Positions 16,323 to 23,653 of a DNA stretch of 32,000 bases are shown here, in pieces (the stretch's first letter is position 1; each line of letters starts with the position of its first letter). Source of the stretch: Paracoccus suum (lineage in GTDB: Bacteria > Pseudomonadota > Alphaproteobacteria > Rhodobacterales > Rhodobacteraceae); assembly GCF_003324675.1 (NCBI RefSeq), contig NZ_CP030918.1, positions 2,820,001-2,852,000 of the forward strand, in the 5' to 3' direction. A model generated the notes under the pieces. The model saw only the letters and a list, made by a program, of their open reading frames with translations, had not been told where the DNA came from and searched no databases. The position numbers and the translations under genes are program-made.

Positions 16323-19300
16323 ATGACCGCTGATTCCGCCCGCCGGCCCATGCCAGACCCCGAGGCCGCGGGGCCGCGGCACGCCCTGTCATTCGACATG
16401 GAGGCGGTCCACCTGATGGAGCGCGAGGGCGAGGAATGGGCCTGGCGCGGGGCCGCGCGGTTCGACACTCCCGATCTCGCCGGCCGGCTGGCGACGCTGC
16501 GTCGCGGGATCGACGGGCTCAAGGGTCCGGGCCCGGGCCAGGTGGCCCTGATCATTCCCGACGATCAGGTGCTGTTCACCGAATTTACCGTGGATCCCGA
16601 CTTGCCTCGCCGCGCCGCCGTCGCCGCGGGCCTCGACGGGCTGACCCCCTATGCCGTCGACGATCTTGCCTTCGATTGGGTCGATGCCGCGCCGGACCGT
16701 GTGCGCGTCGCCGCCGTCTGGCGCCAGACGCTGAGCGAGGCGGAAGCCTTTGCCGCCGGCCACGGCTTCAAGCCGATTGCCGCCCTGGCGGATGCCGAGG
16801 GCACCCATCTGGCCCGACCCGTCCAGTTCATCGATGTTCCCAAGGGCAAGGCGGTCGCGCAGGCAGACAAGGGGTCTGCGGAGGCGCCGGTGGACGAGAC
16901 GACGCCTTCCAAAGTTGCGGAGCAAGCGTCAGCCCCTGGCGTCGGTGCGCAGGGGCGGGTTCCGCTGGACGAAGCCCTGACACGCATCCGGGCCATCTCG
17001 CAACCCGGCAATGTCAATGCGCCAGATGTGACTGTTGGCAGCGAAAACAAAATTTTGCCGTCGATTGTTGAAGTTACATCTCAAGCCGCACATGACGCGC
17101 CGGTCGCTGATGTTTCCGTCGCTGTGATTGCCGAGGAAAAAGCCGTGCTATCGCTGGCAGGTCCGGCAACCCCGTCGGACGCGGAGCGGCCACCTCGCGC
17201 GGATGAACACAAGGTCACCGAAGCGGACCCAGACAAGGCGGTCGCGGAAGCCGGGAAGCAAAGCGACGCCGATGCCGATGAAGGGTCGGGGGATGCATCC
17301 TATGACGCGAAGGAGGCCGAGGCCCAAGTCGCGTCAGCAAACGAGACGGTGACGGATACTGTGGTCGCCCAAGACAGGCAGAATGGGACAGCGGCGACCC
17401 CCCAGGAGGTTCAAGCCGCGGGCGATGGCGCACAGCCTCCTGCTGAAGGCGCGGCCGACCCGACGCACGCACTGCAATCGAAGGGTGTGACCTCTGCGGT
17501 TGCTAAGGAAGTGCAGAAGACCGAAGACGTTGCGGCCCCCGAGGTCCACGACCTGATCGGTCCGCTCCCCAGCCCCCAACCGGGGGATGCGGATTCGCTC
17601 CCCCCCACAGATGGCGGAAAGGGCGAGGCTGTCACGGTTTCCAAAGCTCATGCTCCAGAGGTGACGCCGGTCTTTGGCCCCCCGGCGCCGTCGGTCGCGG
17701 TAATCGGTTCGTCAGCGCAAGCCAAGCCTGACGCTCAAAAAGTGCCCGTCTTTGGCCCCCCGCCCCCATCACTCGCGAAGCTCGACCCGTCGGCCGACCA
17801 AACACTGGGGCCAAAGACATTGGTCGCGCCAATGCGCTCGGCGGCGGAGGCCGCGGATCGCGGTTGGCAGGGACGCGTCGCCCCAATGGCCGCTGCGTTG
17901 AACCGCATGCGCGTGGGCTTCAGCGCCAAGATGCGCGATGCCGCGGGTAAGACACAGGACAAGGGCTCGCTGGCTGTCACGGCCGCCAGTCGTCCCAGCA
18001 AGGTCAAAACGGCGACCGTCGCCCCGCCCGCGATCCCTGGACCGTCTGGTCCCGTCCCGGCGGAACTCGCCGGCACACCTGGTCTCGTCCCCGCTACGGC
18101 GGCGGTCGCGATCCCAACCGAACGGCCCAAGAATACTGCGGCCCCCGACCGCAACGCGATCAAGGACGCGCGCGCCAAGGCATTCCATGAACGCGCCAAC
18201 CAAGCGCGTGCCGCCGCGGTCGTCCCCCGGGCGCCTGCGGCAAAGGCAGCGGCTCCGCGGCTAACGCCGGGTCAGCGGGATTTCTACCTCATGCTGGCGT
18301 TGCTGGTCCTCGGCCTGCTGGCGGTGTTCCTGTTTGTCCCCAGCGGCCGCGTCCCGGCGCTTGTGACAGCCCAGCAGCCGGCGCCGGCGGTGACTAATGC
18401 CGGTCCGGCCGAAACCACAGCCGCGGAAATCCCCGCCGAGGCGCCGACCGCTACAGAGCCGGCGTCACAGCCGGCTGCTATCGAGACGGCCACCGCCGTC
18501 GCGGCACCTGCGGCGACAATTGCCGAAACATCGGAGCCGACCGCGCCGGCTGAGGTTGATCAACCTGCTGCCGCACCGGACACCGCGGAAGCGGCGACGA
18601 CCGCAACCACGCCACCCGCGAACCCCAGCGAACCGGTGATCGCGGACACGCCGAGCGCCCCGGCCGCGACTGAACAACCTGTCACCGCGGCGTCTCCGCC
18701 GAGCCCAGAAGCGGCGCCGGCGGCCGCAGCCAAACCGCAAGCCCCCGCCTCTGACCATTCGCTCCCGGCCACGGCACAACCCGCTGCGAGCCCGGCCCCT
18801 GCAAGAGTGCCGGAGGCCGCGCAAGCCGCCACTCCTGCGGCCCCCCGCGGCCCGGCGTCAAATGCTGCGGCGATCGAGGAAGCGGTCGGTCTGGCCGTCT
18901 CCCAGTCCCCCTCTCGCCGCCCTGCTGCCGGCCAGACCCAGGACACGCGCAGGGCGCCGGTGGCGCCGGCCCGGCCGGCCGCGGGCGACGCCTCTCCCCG
19001 CGTTCCGCGCGATCCGTTGCCGTTTGACCGTGCGCGCGAGGCTGAGCCCTCCCCAGTCACGGGAATTCGCCCGCCGAGCCGCCCGCCGCGTGCCCCCGCC
19101 GAACCGGCGCGCACGGTGCCGGCTGCCGCACCGAGTGCGGCCACGCCGCCTGCCGCTGCCAAGCCTGCTGCAGCCGTAAAGCCTCCTGCACCTGCAGCCC
19201 CCCCGGCCCGCGCGTCCCGGCCGCGGAGCCGTCCTGCCGCAGCCGCGACACCGGCGGCGGCCACCACGGCGCCGGCGACCGAACTCACCCGGCCGACCCG

Positions 19301-20474
19301 CCGCGAGGGCGCGCTGACCGCCGAGCCCGCCGAACTGCATCTCGCGTCCCTAGACCCAGCACCGCTGATGAAGGACTGGCTTGAGAGTGCCTTCCGCGCG
19401 GTTCCCGACTCTCCCTCACGCGGGGCGTTCCGCGTCGGCCTCGCCAACGACCGGGCCCTGTTCGTGGCCGACGTGCGGGGTCCGCGGACTGCACAGGCGC
19501 GGCCCCCGTCACGCGACGATGCGGCGCCCGTCCCACCTATCCCCGCCAAGAAACCCGCCGCCAAGAAATCGAGCGGCGGCTCGAGCCCGAAATCGGCGGT
19601 CGATGCCGCCCTTGCCGCGGCGGCCGCCGATGATGCTCCTAAGAAGGCGGCACCGACGGCGAGCGCCGCCAAGGGCCGGCCGGGTCGCCGCCCGGGCGCT
19701 TCGGGAACCAGCTCGAAAGCGGTTGAGAGTGCAATCGCCGACGCGATCGAGCAATCTCCGGCAAGCCCCGGAGGCGTAGCACTAAAATCTCTGAAATCCT
19801 CGCCATTCCCAGAGCGCGCGCCCCGCGCCGCGAAGGGCACTACGACTCCCAAACCGGCGGATAAAACCGACGATGATGCAGCGGCGCTGGCCGTCGCGGC
19901 CGCCGCCGCCGCCCGCCCGTCGGCCCCGGCAACGCCCGATCTCGCACCGGCCCAGCCTGCGGCGCCTGACCCCGATGCCGCCGACGCAGCCCGTCGCGCC
20001 GAGCGTTTGCGCCTCGACGAACAGCTGCAGCGTCAGGCGGAGGAGCGTATCCGCGCCCGCGCCCAGGCGGACGCCCGGATCGAGGCCCAACAGCGCGCTG
20101 CCGCCGAGGCCCGCGCCCGCGCGCAGGCTGCGGCAGAGGCGCGGACCGCCGCCGCCCGCGGCCAACGTGTCGCGCCCGTCGAAGGCGACAACGAGCCCGA
20201 CGTCGCGGGCCCGGTTGGCGGCGGCAGCACCTCGGCCACCATCGCCAGCAACGCGACGTTGCGCGGCATAGACCTCAGCCGCACCACGCTGATCGGCGTC
20301 ATCGGCGCGGGACCCGCCAGCCGTGGCCTGATCCGCCTGCGCAATGGCAAGATCGTCACGGTCCGTCTCGGCGACCGGATCGACGGCGGCCCGATCACTT
20401 CGATCGGCAAGGGCGCCGTCACCTACGTCAAGGGCGGGCGGCCGTATCAGCTGCTCATGCTGGCCGGGCGCTGA
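16323..20474 (+). CDS. giant (1,383 aa) single-pass membrane protein of unknown function; PilM/GspL-like N-terminal domain, disordered A/P/T-rich regions, coiled coil, PilP/GspC-HR-like C-terminal domain
   Basis: The frame is uninterrupted for 4.15 kb with coding-type GC3. One TM helix, FYLMLALLVLGLLAVFLFVP, spans about aa 654-675 (nt 18282-18347). The N-terminal about 180 aa and the C-terminal about 85 aa look like folded domains. The exact start is uncertain (16323 or 16350 ATG, both with weak RBS). Confidence 0.8.
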   Translation: MTADSARRPMPDPEAAGPRHALSFDMEAVHLMEREGEEWAWRGAARFDTPDLAGRLATLRRGIDGLKGPGPGQVALIIPDDQVLFTEFTVDPDLPRRAAVAAGLDGLTPYAVDDLAFDWVDAAPDRVRVAAVWRQTLSEAEAFAAGHGFKPIAALADAEGTHLARPVQFIDVPKGKAVAQADKGSAEAPVDETTPSKVAEQASAPGVGAQGRVPLDEALTRIRAISQPGNVNAPDVTVGSENKILPSIVEVTSQAAHDAPVADVSVAVIAEEKAVLSLAGPATPSDAERPPRADEHKVTEADPDKAVAEAGKQSDADADEGSGDASYDAKEAEAQVASANETVTDTVVAQDRQNGTAATPQEVQAAGDGAQPPAEGAADPTHALQSKGVTSAVAKEVQKTEDVAAPEVHDLIGPLPSPQPGDADSLPPTDGGKGEAVTVSKAHAPEVTPVFGPPAPSVAVIGSSAQAKPDAQKVPVFGPPPPSLAKLDPSADQTLGPKTLVAPMRSAAEAADRGWQGRVAPMAAALNRMRVGFSAKMRDAAGKTQDKGSLAVTAASRPSKVKTATVAPPAIPGPSGPVPAELAGTPGLVPATAAVAIPTERPKNTAAPDRNAIKDARAKAFHERANQARAAAVVPRAPAAKAAAPRLTPGQRDFYLMLALLVLGLLAVFLFVPSGRVPALVTAQQPAPAVTNAGPAETTAAEIPAEAPTATEPASQPAAIETATAVAAPAATIAETSEPTAPAEVDQPAAAPDTAEAATTATTPPANPSEPVIADTPSAPAATEQPVTAASPPSPEAAPAAAAKPQAPASDHSLPATAQPAASPAPARVPEAAQAATPAAPRGPASNAAAIEEAVGLAVSQSPSRRPAAGQTQDTRRAPVAPARPAAGDASPRVPRDPLPFDRAREAEPSPVTGIRPPSRPPRAPAEPARTVPAAAPSAATPPAAAKPAAAVKPPAPAAPPARASRPRSRPAAAATPAAATTAPATELTRPTRREGALTAEPAELHLASLDPAPLMKDWLESAFRAVPDSPSRGAFRVGLANDRALFVADVRGPRTAQARPPSRDDAAPVPPIPAKKPAAKKSSGGSSPKSAVDAALAAAAADDAPKKAAPTASAAKGRPGRRPGASGTSSKAVESAIADAIEQSPASPGGVALKSLKSSPFPERAPRAAKGTTTPKPADKTDDDAAALAVAAAAAARPSAPATPDLAPAQPAAPDPDAADAARRAERLRLDEQLQRQAEERIRARAQADARIEAQQRAAAEARARAQAAAEARTAAARGQRVAPVEGDNEPDVAGPVGGGSTSATIASNATLRGIDLSRTTLIGVIGAGPASRGLIRLRNGKIVTVRLGDRIDGGPITSIGKGAVTYVKGGRPYQLLMLAGR

Positions 20475-22429
20475 TGGAGGGTTTCCTCCTTCAGGCATCA
20501 ATCTATCTCGCGACCATGGTTGTCGCCGTCCCGATCTCCTCAAGGCTCGGGTTCGGCTCGGTGCTGGGCTACCTGCTGGCCGGGATCATCATCGGCCCCG
20601 TGCTGCACCTGTCGGGCAGCGAGGTCGTCGGCCTGCAGCATTTCGCCGAGTTCGGCGTCGTCATGATGCTGTTCCTCATCGGTCTGGAACTGGAGCCCCG
20701 GGCCCTCTGGGCCATGCGGCGCAAGCTGATCGGCCTTGGCGGGGCGCAGATCCTGATCACCGTCGCTATCCTCGCGGCGCTGGGAATGGCGCTGGGACAA
20801 TCGCTGCCCGTGGCGTTGACGCTGGGCATGATCCTGTCCCTCAGCTCGACCGCAATCGTCCTGCAGACACTGAACGAAAAGAAGCTGATGCAGACGGCCG
20901 GCGGGCGGAACACCTTCTCGGTGCTCCTGACCCAGGACATGGCAGTCATCCCGATGCTGGCGCTGATGCCGCTGCTGGCCGGCACGGCGCATCTGCCCGA
21001 CGCCGTTGACGGCCATGCCGAGGCAGGGGGCGTCTTCATGGCGTCCCTGCCCGGCTGGGCGGCCGCACTGGTAACGCTTGCGGCCGTCGGCGGGGTGATC
21101 CTGGCCGGTCAGTATTTCTTTCGCCCGCTCTTTCGCTTTGTCCAAAGCGTACGCCTGCGCGAGATGGACACCGCCGTCGCACTGTTGATCGTCGTCGTCA
21201 TCGCCTGGCTGATGAGCTTTGTCGGCCTCAGCCCGGCGCTTGGCACCTTTCTTGCCGGGGTGATGCTCGCTGGCTCGGAGTTCCGGCACGAGCTTGAGGG
21301 CCAGATCGCGCCCTTCAAGGGGCTGTTGCTGGGCCTTTTCTTCATCACCGTCGGCGCCAGCATGGATTTCTCGATCCTGGCCGAGATGCCGCTGATCATC
21401 CTCGGCGCCACTGCTGTGGTCATCGTCGTCAAGGGCGGGGTGCTGCATCTGGTTGCGCGGATGGTCAACATGGCCCCGCGGGAGCGGGCATTGTTCACCC
21501 TGTCGCTGGCACAGGCCGGCGAGTTTGGCTTTGTGCTCTCCAGCTACGCCGTCTCGCTGGCGCTGTTGCCATACGAGGTTGCGCAGGCCTTCCTGCTGGT
21601 CATCGCGCTGTCGATGCTGACGACGCCGCTGCTGTTCATCGTCTACGACCAGGTCGCCCGGCGCCTGTCAGAAGAACGCGCGTTGCCGCAGCCCGATCTG
21701 ATCGACGAGCAGCACATGATCATTATCGCCGGCGTCGGCCGCTTTGGCCAGGTGGTGAACCGGCTGGTGACGATGTCCGGTTTCAAGACCACGGTGCTGG
21801 ACCATGACCTGAAGCTGATCCAGCTGATGCGCCGCTTTGGCTTCAAGGGATATTTCGGCGATCCGACCAAGCCCGAGATCCTGGACGCCGCCGGCCTCGC
21901 CAAGGCGCGGGTGCTGGTCGCGGCGATGGACGATCCGGAGGCAAACCTGCGGTTGGTGCGCCTCGCCCGCTCGCGCCGGCCCGACCTGCGCATCATCGCC
22001 CGCGCCCGCGACCGGGTGACGGTCTACCAGCTTTACGATGCGGGGGCCGATCATATCGTACGAGAAATGTTCGACAGCGCATTAAGAACTGGTCGTTATG
22101 TTCTTGAAAATATTGGACTGTCGGAATACGAGGCCGCCGAGCTTGAGAAGATCTTCTATCGGATGGATCGCCAGGGGCTGCGGTCGCTGGCCGAGGTGTG
22201 GAAGCCCGGCGTCGCGGCCGAGGACAACCCGGCCTACATGGAACGTTCCATCGCGCTGAATGCGGCCATGGAGGAGGCAATTGGCGATCGCTTTGCCCAT
22301 GGCCCCGCCGCCGCTCCGTTGGCCGAGGACGAGGTCGACGACCCCGAACCCGAGCATGGACTGATCGTTCCCCCGCGCCGCCCCGGCCGTTCGGCGACCG
22401 TCGGGAAATGGGCCCTGCGGGACGAGTGA
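20474..22429 (+). CDS. monovalent cation:proton antiporter-2 (CPA2) family protein, KefB/KefC-like K+ efflux system with C-terminal TrkA-N/KTN domain
   Basis: The N-terminus LGFGSVLGYLLAGIIIGP and the blocks FAEFGVVMMLFLIGLEL and TQDMAVIP are Kef-type. The Rossmann motif IIIAGVGRFGQVV follows the membrane domain. The ATG overlaps the giant gene TGA by 1 nt (ctgATGg at 20472-20476). Confidence 0.9.
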   Translation: MEGFLLQASIYLATMVVAVPISSRLGFGSVLGYLLAGIIIGPVLHLSGSEVVGLQHFAEFGVVMMLFLIGLELEPRALWAMRRKLIGLGGAQILITVAILAALGMALGQSLPVALTLGMILSLSSTAIVLQTLNEKKLMQTAGGRNTFSVLLTQDMAVIPMLALMPLLAGTAHLPDAVDGHAEAGGVFMASLPGWAAALVTLAAVGGVILAGQYFFRPLFRFVQSVRLREMDTAVALLIVVVIAWLMSFVGLSPALGTFLAGVMLAGSEFRHELEGQIAPFKGLLLGLFFITVGASMDFSILAEMPLIILGATAVVIVVKGGVLHLVARMVNMAPRERALFTLSLAQAGEFGFVLSSYAVSLALLPYEVAQAFLLVIALSMLTTPLLFIVYDQVARRLSEERALPQPDLIDEQHMIIIAGVGRFGQVVNRLVTMSGFKTTVLDHDLKLIQLMRRFGFKGYFGDPTKPEILDAAGLAKARVLVAAMDDPEANLRLVRLARSRRPDLRIIARARDRVTVYQLYDAGADHIVREMFDSALRTGRYVLENIGLSEYEAAELEKIFYRMDRQGLRSLAEVWKPGVAAEDNPAYMERSIALNAAMEEAIGDRFAHGPAAAPLAEDEVDDPEPEHGLIVPPRRPGRSATVGKWALRDE

Positions 22430-22567
22430 TCCGCAGTCTGGCCCGCAACGAGGCGCCGCGGCGACCGACCGCTGAAATTGGCCGCATCCTCGCGCCTGCG
22501 CGGGCAATAACTACGGGCCGCGCACCCCGCCCGCGGGCTGCAGGGAACCCTTCCATCCGAAAACTTT

Positions 22568-22609
22568 TTGTTTTAGATCAATCCGCCCCGGCCAGTTCTG
22601 CGTTATAAT
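22568..22609 (+). promoter_or_regulatory. candidate class II FNR/CRP-family-dependent promoter of the usp gene
   Basis: TTGTT-ttag-ATCAA (22568-22581) matches 9/10 of the TTGAT-N4-ATCAA consensus. TATAAT lies at 22604-22609. A start site about 7 nt after the -10 places the box centre at about -41.5. Confidence 0.5.
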
Positions 22610-22618
22610 GCTGCTCAG

Positions 22619-22663
22619 CCCCGCCGCGAGGCTCGCGGCGGGGGAACACCCGAAAGGAGGGTG
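22619..22663 (+). promoter_or_regulatory. structured 5' leader of usp: strong GC hairpin plus small hairpin overlapping the Shine-Dalgarno
   Basis: ccccgccgcgag (22619-22630) pairs with ctcgcggcgggg (22632-22643). caccc (22647-22651) pairs with gggtg (22659-22663), enclosing and overlapping the SD aaggagg (22654-22660). The ATG is at 22666. Confidence 0.4.
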
Positions 22664-22665
22664 CC

Positions 22666-23502
22666 ATGGCTTACAAGACAATCCTGACCGTCCTGACCGG
22701 CGAGCGGCAGGACTTCCAGTTGGATGCCGCGCTGCACCTCGCAGCGAGCGAGGACGCGCATTTGGACGTTCTGTGCCTTGGCGTGGATCGCAGCCAGACC
22801 GGCTATTACTACGCGGGTGCCACCGGCTTCGTCATGCAGGAGGCGATCGACCGCGCGATGGACGCCGCCTCGGCCATTGAGGCGCAGGCTCGTGCGCGGC
22901 TGGAGGGCGAGACCGTACGCTGGTCACTCGATTCCGTAGTCGCGCAGGCCGGCGGTGTTTCGGCCGTGGTGGGAATGCGCGCGCGCTTCGCTGATCTTGC
23001 GGTCATGTCGCGCCCTTACGGCCCCGGCGTTCCGCCCGATGCCGAAAGCGCGGTCGAGGCGGCAATGTTCGAGGGCGGTTGCCCGGTTATGGTGCTGCCC
23101 GAGGGCGGGCTGCCCGAGGGGTTCGACCGCCGCATCCTGATCGCCTGGAACCAGAGCAGCGAGGCGCTCTGCGCAGTGCGCCGCGCCCTGCCACTGATCC
23201 GCCGCGCCGAGGCGGTCGAGATCGCCGTCATCGACCCCTCACCCAACGGGCCTGAGCGGTCGGACCCCGGCGTCGCGCTGTGCCAGATGCTGACCCGTCA
23301 CGGCGCGCGGGCGGATGTCGCGATCCTGGCCAAGACGCTGCCGCGCACCAGCGACATCATCAGCCGCCGCGCGGTCGAGATCGGCGCGACGATGATCGTG
23401 ATGGGCGCCTACGGCCATTCCCGTTTTCGTGAGGCGATTCTGGGCGGAACGACCCGCAACATGCTGGAGATGGCCGAAATTCCCGTCCTGATGGCGCGCT
23501 AA
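22666..23502 (+). CDS. universal stress protein (tandem UspA-domain, 278 aa)
   Basis: It has two Usp-like halves. The C-terminal half carries the typical GAYGHSRFREAILGGTTRNMLEMAEIPVLMAR motif. A strong SD lies upstream. Confidence 0.88.
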   Translation: MAYKTILTVLTGERQDFQLDAALHLAASEDAHLDVLCLGVDRSQTGYYYAGATGFVMQEAIDRAMDAASAIEAQARARLEGETVRWSLDSVVAQAGGVSAVVGMRARFADLAVMSRPYGPGVPPDAESAVEAAMFEGGCPVMVLPEGGLPEGFDRRILIAWNQSSEALCAVRRALPLIRRAEAVEIAVIDPSPNGPERSDPGVALCQMLTRHGARADVAILAKTLPRTSDIISRRAVEIGATMIVMGAYGHSRFREAILGGTTRNMLEMAEIPVLMAR

Positions 23503-23571
23503 GGCCGGAAAAACCGCAGCCGGGACGGAATACCCGCCAGCAGGACTTTGCTCCGCAGGGTTTGCCGGCCT

Positions 23572-23587
23572 CGCGCGGTACCGCGCG
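23572..23587. promoter_or_regulatory. 16-bp perfect palindrome between usp and olsB (terminator-like hairpin or operator)
   Basis: cgcgcggt|accgcgcg is perfectly self-complementary. As RNA it would form a 6-bp GC stem with a GUAC loop, extendable by flanking pairs. No U-run follows. Confidence 0.3.
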
Positions 23588-23653
23588 GGTTGCATCACAG
23601 CCCTCCCGCCCGTAAAACCGTGCCGCGCGCCCCTGCGCAGGCTTGGCCAGCGA

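Noticed and set aside
18560-19852. 430-aa minus-strand ORF (and several 100-160-aa ORFs) antisense to the giant gene
   Set aside because: Its Ala/Gly/Arg-rich sequence is the complement of the A/P-rich coding strand. GC-rich, low-complexity DNA stays open in many frames, and nothing independent supports this ORF.
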